Shown here: positions 1-7,840 of the stretch, in pieces
Numbering within the stretch: the stretch's first letter is position 1
Layout of the letters: every line of letters starts with the position of its first letter
Source: an uncultured Clostridia bacterium
GTDB taxonomy: Bacteria > Bacillota > Clostridia > TANB77 > CAG-508
DNA: 64,000 bases
Assembly (NCBI GenBank): GCA_934157035.1
Contig: CAKPHG010000001.1
Span: 73,342 to 137,341 of the forward strand
Reading direction: 5' to 3'
Notes under the pieces: model-generated
The model's input: the letters and a program-made list of their open reading frames with translations, nothing else
What the model was told of the DNA's origin: nothing
The model's database searches: none
Position numbers and translations under genes: made by a program

Positions 1-624
1 CATATTACAGGAATAGACATTGATAACAATGCAATAAATGAAGCAAGAGAAATTTTTAAAGAAAATAAGAAATATGAATTTGAATTAAAAAGTATTGATG
101 AACTAGATGACGATCTAAAGTACGATATAATAAATTTATCCTATGTTTTGCAACATTTAGAAAATCCACAAGAAATTTTAATAAAATTGAAAAATGTGCT
201 TACTGATAGAGGAATAATAATCATAAAAGTACCAGATGATAGTTTTAAATTTTGTTATCCAGATAAAAAAGATTTATTACACAAAATATTTAATTTGTAT
301 GAAAAAGAAATTATGAAAAAACAAAATATAACAAAATATACTGATAGATATATAGGTAAAAAAGTATATAATTATCTTGTTGAAAGTAACTATAATAATA
401 TTAGATTATATTATTCCGTTAGTGATACTATTGGTAAAACACATGAACAAAGATTAAGTTTTTTTGATAGCTCCATTGGGTTCAGAAGTGCTATAAATAA
501 AACAAATGTATCAGCACAAGTAAAAAGTGAAATGGAAAAACTACTGAATGAATTAAAAAAAGAATTTGAAAAGGAAGATTTTTATTATACAATGACAGTT
601 CTTTACTATATTGGAAGTAAATAA
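1..624 (+). CDS. Class I SAM-dependent methyltransferase, 5'-partial (frame 1 is open from nt 1; ORF track shows only 148..624)
   Basis: Translation from nt 1 reads HITGIDIDNNAINEAREIFKENKKYEFELKSIDELDDDLKYDIINLSYVLQHLENPQEILIKLKNVLTDRGIIIIKVPDD. This matches methyltransferase post-I/II/III motifs (acidic loop, LxHLxxP, dimeric-style C-terminus). Inference from motif recall only. Confidence 0.5.
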   Translation, partial: HITGIDIDNNAINEAREIFKENKKYEFELKSIDELDDDLKYDIINLSYVLQHLENPQEILIKLKNVLTDRGIIIIKVPDDSFKFCYPDKKDLLHKIFNLYEKEIMKKQNITKYTDRYIGKKVYNYLVESNYNNIRLYYSVSDTIGKTHEQRLSFFDSSIGFRSAINKTNVSAQVKSEMEKLLNELKKEFEKEDFYYTMTVLYYIGSK

Positions 625-647
625 CATATATATTTTGGGAAATTTAA

Positions 648-1255
648 ATGAATACTAACAGAATAATATATAAACAAAAAGACTTTCAGCTAGATGAAAT
701 AGAAAAATTTTCAAACTTAGATTGGAGCTTAGAAAGATTTGGATGTGGACCTACCTCAATTGCAAATATATTAGTTAATTATGGTTATAATGTTACGCCT
801 GTAGCTATAGTAAAAAAATATTGTTTAATAATCAAGGAAAATTTGATGATACATTTTTAAGAAATAGAGGTATTAATGATAAGGGATTAATATATTGTTT
901 AGATAGGTTAATTCAAGAAGATAAAATGAATATTGACTATGAAATAGTAAAAATAAATTTTGCAAATCCAAATAATCAAAAAGATAAAATTATTAATCTG
1001 GTAAAAAAAGGAAACATGGCTATTATTCATGTAGGATCATCTGTAATAAGTCCTTTAACATTTTCTAAAAATGGGCATTATTTAGTAATCAGTGATATAG
1101 ATAAAAATGAAAATTTCTATGTGATTAATTCTAATAAAACTGGTGATGATCAAATAGGAGTTCCATTTGATTATGACACTATCATTAAGAATATGACAGG
1201 AAGAAAAGATTCATTTAATTTTTTGTTTATAAAAAAACTAAGTTATGATTCTTAA
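648..1255 (+). pseudogene. Papain-like / peptidase C39-like domain protein split across two frames (648..860 frame 3, continuing 821..1255 frame 2). Frameshift inside the A7 run at ~812-818.
   Basis: N-part contains GCGPTSIANIL (catalytic-Cys context of C39_2-type peptidases). C-part contains GHYLVI (catalytic His context). The two frames overlap between 791 and 860 and flank a 7-A homopolymer. No independent SD precedes the second part (TTG 'start'). Confidence 0.45.
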
Positions 1256-1390
1256 GGGTATGGGAATTTCCATATAAGAATTTATATGGTAGTATAAATT
1301 CAGTGCTGGCTAGACAAGAATATTACTCCCAAATTAAGGAAAATATAAAAAGAGGATTAAATTATTTTGATAATTTTTTCCTCTTTATTA

Positions 1391-1430
1391 TATAAAATAA
1401 AAACTTACGAGCTTAATTGTTCGTAAGTTG
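1391..1430 (-). terminator. Rho-independent terminator downstream of tRNA-Thr (stem ACTTACGA/TCGTAAGT, U-run on minus strand)
   Basis: Inverted repeat cttacgagcttaattgttcgtaag, followed on the minus strand by TTTTTATTTT. Confidence 0.5.
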
Positions 1431-1438
1431 ATTTCAAA

Positions 1439-1514
1439 TGGAGCTACTAACCAGGATCGAACTGGTGACCTCTACCTTACCAAGGTAGCACTCTACCTAC
1501 TGAGCTATAGTAGC
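1439..1514 (-). tRNA. tRNA-Thr (anticodon GGU), 76 nt with encoded CCA
   Basis: Reverse complement GCTACTATAGCTCAGTAGGTAGAGTGCTACCTTGGTAAGGTAGAGGTCACCAGTTCGATCCTGGTTAGTAGCTCCA. 7-bp acceptor stem GCTACTA/TAGTAGC. Anticodon stem CTACC/GGTAG with loop TTGGTAA gives anticodon GGT. T-arm ACCAG-TTCGATC-CTGGT. Confidence 0.85.
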
Positions 1515-1595
1515 GTATATTATTTTTGAAAACAAAGTCGAGGCATGAAAAGTTTCCTAAAATGTCTAAAAATACTAATCATGCCTCTTTTGTTC

Positions 1596-2240
1596 TTATG
1601 CTTCATCTCCTATACTTTTTATTGCTTTCTTTCTTATTCTTTGAATAGCATTATCTATTGATTTTACAGGAGCATCTAATTTTTCTGCAATTTGAACATA
1701 GCTTTCTCCTTGCATATATCTATTTAATACCTTTTTTTCGAAATCACTTAAAGATTTATCTATAGCAACTTCGACTGTTTTATAGTATTCTTTTTTAGTT
1801 ATTGTATCTAATGGATCTTCCATTTGATGAGCATTCAATACATCTAATACAGATGTATCGTCATCGTCCTCATATGCATTTGTATTTAAAGATAAATATG
1901 AATTAAGTGGCATATGTTTTTGTCTATTAGATGATTTTATTGCTGTAATTAGTTGTCTTTCTATACATAAGTTAGCAAATGTTTTAAAAGAATTTTGCAT
2001 ATCTGGATTATAATTTTTTATTGCTTTAAACAATCCTATTAAACCTTCTTGTACTATATCTTCTTTTTCTGCACCAATCATAAAGAATTTGCTTACTTTC
2101 ATATTAACTAATTCTTTATATTTTTCAATAAGAAACTCAAGAGCAAGTTTATCACCAGACTTAATTACAGTAATTAAGTCTTCATCACTCATGTTTTTAT
2201 AATTGTCTGTAACTGAAAAATATAGGTTACTCTTTTTCAT
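1596..2240 (-). CDS. sigH: RNA polymerase sigma-H (sporulation/transition-state sigma factor)
   Basis: 214 aa sigma-70 family protein. Region 2 (DEDLITVIKSGDKLALEFLIEKYKELV...QEGLIGLFKAIKNY) and region 4 HTH (GESYVQIAEKLDAPVKSIDNAIQRIRKK) are typical of SigH/Spo0H of Firmicutes. Confidence 0.8.
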   Translation of the reverse strand: MKKSNLYFSVTDNYKNMSDEDLITVIKSGDKLALEFLIEKYKELVNMKVSKFFMIGAEKEDIVQEGLIGLFKAIKNYNPDMQNSFKTFANLCIERQLITAIKSSNRQKHMPLNSYLSLNTNAYEDDDDTSVLDVLNAHQMEDPLDTITKKEYYKTVEVAIDKSLSDFEKKVLNRYMQGESYVQIAEKLDAPVKSIDNAIQRIRKKAIKSIGDEA

Positions 2241-2397
2241 ATTGTTTTTTTATTCCCCTTTTGTTGAATTTCATTATTTAGCTGTATTATATGGCAGTTT
2301 TCCTTAGAATGTCAAGAGTTTTTTGACTTTTTATTGCTATTTTTTTATTATTATATTATAATTATAGAAAATTTTTAATTAAAAAGGAGTTTTACAT

Positions 2398-4101
2398 ATG
2401 GCTTTTGACGGAATAGTTTTAAAATCTGTAGTATCAGAATTAAATACTTGTTTAATAAACGGAAAAATAAATAAAGTATACATGCCTAATTCAAATGAAA
2501 TTTTATTAGGTATTTATTCTGGTGGAAAAAATTATTGTTTACTTTGTAACATCTCATCAAATAGTTATCGCATACATTTAACTACAACTAGCAAGCCAAA
2601 TCCATTAAATGCTCCTAATTTTTGTATGCTACTTAGGAAACATTTAGTAGGTTTTAGAATTGTAAATATTTCTACATTAAATTTAGAAAGAATTGTTACA
2701 ATTGAGTTAGAAGGCTATAACGAACTAAATGATAAGTTAAGAAAAAAATTAATAATTGAACTTATGGGAAAACATAGTAATATAATTTTGTTAAATGAAA
2801 GTAACAAGATTATAGATAGTATCAGGCATTTAGATATTTCTTCTGGTTCTCTTCGTGATATTTTACCTGCACGAGAATATATATTGCCAAATAATGATAC
2901 TAAGTTAGATTTTTACAATGCTTCTAAAGAAGATTTTATTAATATTATTAATAGCGATATTAATAAATCAGTTACCAATAATTACATTGGTTTTAGTAAT
3001 AGTTTTGTATCTTCTATTTTAGAAAGTCTAAATATTTCTAATGATGATTTTTCAAAAAACGACCTTTCTACTTTATATTATACTATTAAAACTATTTTAC
3101 TTAACATTGAAACTAACAATGTTAAATTAATAAATTATAATACTAATGATTATGTAATAACTAATTCAAATACTAAATCTTTACAAGTTAATTTTTTCTT
3201 AGACGATTTTTATAGTCAAAAAGAAGAAAAAGATAGTATTAATACTTATAGAAACAATCTTTTAAAATTAGTTCTAACTGCATTAAAAAAGATATCTAAA
3301 AAACTTGACAATATAAACATAAAATTAAAAGAATGTGATAACATGGATAAATATAGAATTTATGGTGAACTTATAACTTCTAATTTGTATAAATTAGACT
3401 TTAATCAAAATGCCGAAAGTGTTGTTTTAGAAAATTATTATGACAATAATAACAATATCACCATTCCTTTAGATAAAACAATTTCTATTTCTTACAATGC
3501 TAAAAAATTCTTTAAAAAATATCATAAATTAAAAAATACTTTAGAAATTGTAAGTGTTCAAAAACAAGACACTGAAAAAGAAATAGATTATTTAGAAAGT
3601 ATAGTTTATGAATTAGAAAATGCTAACTCAATTTCTGATTTAGATGAAATTTATTTAGAAATTTCTGAAAATGGTATTTTCAAAGGAAAAGAAAAATCTA
3701 ATATTAAAAAAAATAAAGTTAATAAGAAAAAAGTTCACGATGAATATGAACCAATTATCTATACTGTAGATGGTTTTACTTTATATGTTGGAAAAAATAA
3801 TAAGCAAAATGATTATATAACTACTAAACTTGGAAAGAACGAAGATTATTGGTTTCATACTAAAGATATTCGTGGAAGTCACTGTTTACTTAAATGTAAT
3901 GGTAAAAATGTAAAAGAACATACCCTTGTAGCTTGTTGCCAAATAGCTGCATTTCATAGCAAAGCAAAACTTTCTTCAAATGTACCCGTTGACTATTGCT
4001 TTGCAAAATTTGTAAAAAAACCTAGTGGAAGTAAACCCGGTATGGTCATTTATACTAACAATAAAACAATGAATGTCAATCCTACTTCAAAAGCTCTTTA
4101 A
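2398..4101 (+). CDS. rqcH: Ribosome quality control protein RqcH (NFACT / fibronectin-binding FbpA family)
   Basis: N-terminus MAFDGIVLKSVVSELN...NAPNFCMLLRKHLVGFRIV...LMGKHSNIILL closely follows B. subtilis YloA/RqcH. C-terminal NFACT-R/DUF814 block (YTVDGFTLYVGKNNKQNDYIT...WFHTKDIRGSHCLL). SD AAAGGAG lies 8 nt upstream. Confidence 0.8.
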   Translation: MAFDGIVLKSVVSELNTCLINGKINKVYMPNSNEILLGIYSGGKNYCLLCNISSNSYRIHLTTTSKPNPLNAPNFCMLLRKHLVGFRIVNISTLNLERIVTIELEGYNELNDKLRKKLIIELMGKHSNIILLNESNKIIDSIRHLDISSGSLRDILPAREYILPNNDTKLDFYNASKEDFINIINSDINKSVTNNYIGFSNSFVSSILESLNISNDDFSKNDLSTLYYTIKTILLNIETNNVKLINYNTNDYVITNSNTKSLQVNFFLDDFYSQKEEKDSINTYRNNLLKLVLTALKKISKKLDNINIKLKECDNMDKYRIYGELITSNLYKLDFNQNAESVVLENYYDNNNNITIPLDKTISISYNAKKFFKKYHKLKNTLEIVSVQKQDTEKEIDYLESIVYELENANSISDLDEIYLEISENGIFKGKEKSNIKKNKVNKKKVHDEYEPIIYTVDGFTLYVGKNNKQNDYITTKLGKNEDYWFHTKDIRGSHCLLKCNGKNVKEHTLVACCQIAAFHSKAKLSSNVPVDYCFAKFVKKPSGSKPGMVIYTNNKTMNVNPTSKAL

Positions 4102-4119
4102 ATTTCAGAAATAGAACGA

Positions 4120-4192
4120 TTAAACTATTAGGGACGGGGCAATTTAGTTTAGCTTTTTGTTAAACTAAATTGCCCCGTCCCTAATAGTTTAA
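4120..4192. repeat. Perfect 32-bp inverted repeat (arms 4120..4151 and 4161..4192, 9-nt loop). A bidirectional terminator-like hairpin between the convergent rqcH and 4189..4434 genes. Each arm is a copy of a GC-rich element that also occurs at 41197..41230.
   Basis: ttaaactattagggacggggcaatttagttta / gctttttgt / taaactaaattgccccgtccctaatagtttaa. Arms are exact reverse complements. The right arm overlaps the stop codon of the minus-strand ORF. Confidence 0.7.
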
Positions 4193-4434
4193 TCTCTTAC
4201 TTTATATTCTATCTTTTCCATAAATGGAAACATTTCATATACTCTTTTTTTAGTAAGCATTTCCATTACTGGATGAGGATTTTTTTCATGAATTGATAAA
4301 AGTTTTTGTGTATAACAATTATCTGATGTTTTAAATAACATATATCTATTTCTTACATAGGTATAATATAATTCATATCCTTCATCTAATTCTTTTTCAA
4401 ATCTTTCAAATGTATATTTTTCTTTTCCGTCCAT
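4189..4434 (-). CDS. Hypothetical small protein (81 aa) co-oriented downstream of ligA
   Basis: ORF with an 8-nt gap to the ligA stop. No recognisable motif. Confidence 0.45.
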   Translation of the reverse strand: MDGKEKYTFERFEKELDEGYELYYTYVRNRYMLFKTSDNCYTQKLLSIHEKNPHPVMEMLTKKRVYEMFPFMEKIEYKVRD

Positions 4435-4448
4435 TTTTTCTCCCTTTT

Positions 4449-6446
4449 CTATTTTAGCATATCTTCAAATTCTTTTTCCGTTATAATAGTTACTCCTAAT
4501 TCTTGTGCTTTTGTAAGTTTTGAACCTGCATCTTCACCTGCTAGTACATATGATGTTTTTTTAGATACAGAAGATGATGTTTTTCCACCATATTTTTCTA
4601 TTAAATCTTCTGCTTCTTTCCTAGAATATTTTTCTAACGCTCCTGTTAATACAAAGATTTTACCTTCAAAACGATTATCTATATTATCTTCTTGCAAACT
4701 TTCCATATTTACACCTAAATTTTTAAGTCTTTTAATAATATCTTTAGTTTGCTCTTGTGCAAAAAATTCTATAATGTTATTTGCTGTAATTTCTCCTACA
4801 TCATCTGTTAAAGCTAAACTTTCAAAACTTGCATTTGAAAGTTCTTCCATTGTTTTATATTTTTTAGCTAAAACTTTTGCAGCTTTAATTCCTACTTGTT
4901 TTATTCCTAATGCATTTATTACATTGAATAAGTCTTGTTTTTTACTTTTCTCTATTGAGTCTATTAAATTCTGAGCAAACTTCTTTCCATTTTTCTTTAA
5001 TGATGCAACATCTTCTAAACTTAAAGTATAAATATCTGCTATATTTTTTATTAACCCTTTTTCTATTAATTGTTCTACTATTTTATATCCCAAGCCATCT
5101 ATATCCATTGCTTCTTTAGAAACAAAATGAACTATACTTCTTAAAAGTTGTGCAGGGCATTCTATTCCTATACACCTTGTTGCAGCTTCTCCCTGTTCTC
5201 TTACAGCTTGTGCTCCACATACTGGACAAACTTTAGGCATTTCAAAGTCTTTTTCGTTTCCTGTTCTTTTCTCTTTTATAACTTTTATTACTTCTGGTAT
5301 AACATCACCTTGTTTTTGAATAACAACTGTGTCTCCAATTTTTAAATTTTTTTCTTTTATAAAGTCTTCGTTATGAAGTGTTGTTTTAGATATTGTTGAG
5401 CCGGCAACTTTTACTGGTTCTAATATTGCCATTGGTGTTATTACTCCTGTTCTACCTACTTGGCAAACTATATCTTTTAATATAGTTTCTTTTGCTTCCG
5501 GTGGATATTTGTAAGCTATTGCCCACTTTGGTGTTTTATATGTTGTTCCTAATTTTTCTCTAAATGAAAGTGAATCTACTTTTACAACTGCACCATCTAT
5601 GCCAAATGATAGATTTTCTCTGTCTTCTCCTATTTTATTAATTGCTTCTTCTACTTCTTGTTGATTTTTGCATAATATTCTTACAGGATTTACATTAAAT
5701 CCTAATTTTTCTAAGTAATTTAGTTCATCATAATGCGAATTAAATTTGCCATCATCCCATTTTTGTACATTAAATATAAATATATTTAATGGTCTTTCTT
5801 CTGTTACTTTTGAATTTAGTTGTCTTAAAGAACCTGCAGCTGCATTTCTTGCATTTGCAAATAATTTTTTTCCTAATACTTCTTGCTCTTCGTTTAATTT
5901 TTCGAATTCTTTTGTCCCAATAAAGACTTCTCCACGTACAGTTATTGTTACTTTTTCGTTTAATACTTTTGGAATACTTTTTATTGTTCTTAAGTTATCT
6001 GTAACATCTTCTCCTATTAAGCCATTTCCTCTTGTTGCACCTCTTACAAACACACCATCAACATATTCTAAAGCTGTTGATAAACCATCAATTTTAGTTT
6101 CTACAACATAACGTAACTCTTCATTTTCTTCTATTGCTTGTTTTTTTATTCTATCATCAAACTCTCTTAGTTCTTCAAAAGAAAATACATCTTGAAGACT
6201 TTGAAGTGGTACTTCATGAACTACTTCTTTAAAACCTTCTTTAACATGTCCACCTACTTTTTGAGTTAATGAATCTTTAGTTATAAGATCTGGAAACTCC
6301 TTTTCTAAAGCTTTTAGTCTATTCATCATCATATCATACTCGTAGTCTGTTATTTCTGGCTTGTCCTCATCATAATATTTATTGGCATAATACTCTAATT
6401 TTTCTCTTAATTCTTTTATCTGTTTTTTAGCTTCTTCTAAATTCAT
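4449..6446 (-). CDS. ligA: NAD-dependent DNA ligase LigA
   Basis: 665 aa. Adenylation motif ETKIDGLS (KxDG). Zn-finger CPVCG...C. HhH and BRCT C-terminus. SD AGGAGGAAAAAATG. Confidence 0.95.
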   Translation of the reverse strand: MNLEEAKKQIKELREKLEYYANKYYDEDKPEITDYEYDMMMNRLKALEKEFPDLITKDSLTQKVGGHVKEGFKEVVHEVPLQSLQDVFSFEELREFDDRIKKQAIEENEELRYVVETKIDGLSTALEYVDGVFVRGATRGNGLIGEDVTDNLRTIKSIPKVLNEKVTITVRGEVFIGTKEFEKLNEEQEVLGKKLFANARNAAAGSLRQLNSKVTEERPLNIFIFNVQKWDDGKFNSHYDELNYLEKLGFNVNPVRILCKNQQEVEEAINKIGEDRENLSFGIDGAVVKVDSLSFREKLGTTYKTPKWAIAYKYPPEAKETILKDIVCQVGRTGVITPMAILEPVKVAGSTISKTTLHNEDFIKEKNLKIGDTVVIQKQGDVIPEVIKVIKEKRTGNEKDFEMPKVCPVCGAQAVREQGEAATRCIGIECPAQLLRSIVHFVSKEAMDIDGLGYKIVEQLIEKGLIKNIADIYTLSLEDVASLKKNGKKFAQNLIDSIEKSKKQDLFNVINALGIKQVGIKAAKVLAKKYKTMEELSNASFESLALTDDVGEITANNIIEFFAQEQTKDIIKRLKNLGVNMESLQEDNIDNRFEGKIFVLTGALEKYSRKEAEDLIEKYGGKTSSSVSKKTSYVLAGEDAGSKLTKAQELGVTIITEKEFEDMLK

Positions 6447-6597
6447 TTTTTCCTCCTAGGAAACTTTAAAATAAAATGTTTCCAAAATTTCTTTTTTTAT
6501 TATATACAAAAGATAAAAAAAAATAAATAGTATTTTCTAATATCCTATAAAATTTTAATTTTTATTTATTCTTTTCTTATAACTATAGGACTTTATT

Positions 6598-7134
6598 CTA
6601 TGCATAAAACCCATATAAAATTTCTTCTTCATTTACATTATTTTCTCTCATATAATCATCACATCTTTTTTCTAATAATTTGAAATTGCAACATCTATCT
6701 TGCAAGTCTTTGTTGGCATGTCCATTTGAAATTATATAATACAAATTTCTTGCTCTATTTTGGATTCTTAAAGTATTTAAATTAATCCACTTAATTTGAT
6801 TTGTAATCATATTTTTATATTTTTTGTCCTCTATTTTATCTATTTCTATTTTTTCTAAATAACTACTTGGTATAGGTATCATATTATTTAAATTTATTCC
6901 ACCTAATCTTCCACTATCTATTTTCAAAAAATCTTGCATATTTTTCATACTTAAATGTTTCTTTTTTGGTGATGTTAAAGGTGCAAAAAAATTCTTACCA
7001 TTTACATTTAATATAACTCCTATAAATGGTCTATTCTCCTTTTCATTTTCTATGCATGGTATTTTAGGCTCATAATAATGTAAATAATTACAATATTCTA
7101 TATCTGCTTTGTATAAATCCATATTACTATGCAT
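6598..7134 (-). CDS. ToxN/AbiQ-family endoribonuclease homologue (type III TA toxin family). Likely true start at the Met at 7122 (MDLYKADIEY...).
   Basis: MDLYKADIEYCNYL...RPFIGVILNVNGKNFFAPLTSPKKKH...GGINLNNMIPIP aligns motif-for-motif with ToxN (MKFYTISSKYIEYL...AFIGIVLEIQGHKYLAPLTSPKKWH...LGLINLKFMIPI). No ToxI-like tandem repeats are visible upstream. Confidence 0.7.
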   Translation of the reverse strand: MHSNMDLYKADIEYCNYLHYYEPKIPCIENEKENRPFIGVILNVNGKNFFAPLTSPKKKHLSMKNMQDFLKIDSGRLGGINLNNMIPIPSSYLEKIEIDKIEDKKYKNMITNQIKWINLNTLRIQNRARNLYYIISNGHANKDLQDRCCNFKLLEKRCDDYMRENNVNEEEILYGFYA

Positions 7135-7214
7135 AATTAAAACATTTAAAATATTTTAATTATGTGCTCCTCTCTTTTTAGTTTTTTAGGCATTATTAAT
7201 AAAAGTCAAACTCT

Positions 7215-7424
7215 TTATAAATTTGCACTTTTGTGTATTATTCTTTTTATTATAACTAATTTTTCTTTTTCTTGGATTTCATAAAAGATTAAAAAATTTT
7301 TATAGATTTTAAATCTGTTTTTAGTTTTTTTATATTTAGCCCCTATATATGGAAAATAAGATAAATTATAAATCGATTTTTCTATATTTATTTTGAAATT
7401 TTCTGCTGCTATTTGATTTTTCAA
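7215..7424 (-). CDS. RelE/ParE-superfamily type II toxin (69 aa)
   Basis: YKNFLIFYEIQEKEKLVIIKRIIHKSANL matches the RelE/ParE C-terminal signature (YRI.Y.V......V.ILRI.HR). Sits 52 nt downstream of a small antitoxin-like ORF. Confidence 0.65.
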   Translation of the reverse strand: MKNQIAAENFKINIEKSIYNLSYFPYIGAKYKKTKNRFKIYKNFLIFYEIQEKEKLVIIKRIIHKSANL

Positions 7425-7476
7425 TTTAATTTTAATATAGTTTGAAATTCGATTTATATTCTTTATCGATAATTTG

Positions 7477-7653
7477 CTATATCCTACGATGTAGTTTATA
7501 ATATTTTTCTCCTAAAAGTTTCCCCCAAACTTCATCATGTGAATATAGTTTATTTCCATTTCTTTTTTGTTCTTCATCTACTTCTGCTAGTAGTCTGTCT
7601 ATTCTATCTTCTTCTTCTTTTGTAAAAAATGCTTCATTTCCTACAATTTGCAT
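7477..7653 (-). CDS. Putative type II antitoxin (58 aa, below the ORF-track length cut-off)
   Basis: Manual translation gives MQIVGNEAFFTKEEEDRIDRLLAEVDEEQKRNGNKLYSHDEVWGKLLGEKYYKLHRRI. Strong SD GGAAGGAGAAAATATTT-ATG. Lies immediately upstream of the RelE/ParE-like gene. An acidic small protein is typical of Phd/RelB/ParD-type antitoxins. Confidence 0.45.
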   Translation of the reverse strand: MQIVGNEAFFTKEEEDRIDRLLAEVDEEQKRNGNKLYSHDEVWGKLLGEKYYKLHRRI

Positions 7654-7683
7654 AAATATTTTCTCCTTCCATTTTTTTGTTTA

Positions 7684-7712
7684 ATTCTATATTATTTTTA
7701 CCTATAAGTCAA
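7684..7712 (-). promoter_or_regulatory. Sigma-A-like promoter for the antitoxin-relE-toxN unit (TTGACT-17-TAGAAT)
   Basis: Minus strand reads TTGACTtataggtaaaaataataTAGAAT, about 30 nt upstream of the antitoxin SD. Confidence 0.4.
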
Positions 7713-7794
7713 TTATTTTTATGTAAATTATCAAAGAAGTTTTCGACAAATTTCACCATAAAACATTATCTTATAGCAGTGTCATCTATTAAGA

Positions 7795-7830
7795 AAAAGT
7801 AGCAATTAGGGACTTTCCAAAATTGCTACT
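7795..7830 (-). terminator. Intrinsic terminator of mutS (stem GTAGCAATT/AATTGCTAC followed by U-run)
   Basis: agtagcaattagggactttccaaaattgctact lies directly after the mutS stop at 7841, with a T-run on the minus strand. Confidence 0.7.
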
Positions 7831-7840
7831 TTCTTATTTT

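Noticed and set aside
4774-6111. Plus-strand ORFs 4774..4974, 5148..5345, 5746..6111 inside ligA
   Set aside because: They are antisense to a high-confidence gene. Their products are Leu/Phe/Ser-rich low-complexity sequences, typical of reverse-strand reading of AT-rich codons. No SD.
7135-7214. Search for ToxI/AntiQ-type tandem RNA repeats upstream of the ToxN-like gene (also 6447..6597 and 7425..7840)
   Set aside because: No direct repeats of any period are visible by eye. The absence is reported as a finding rather than a feature, and needs computational confirmation.
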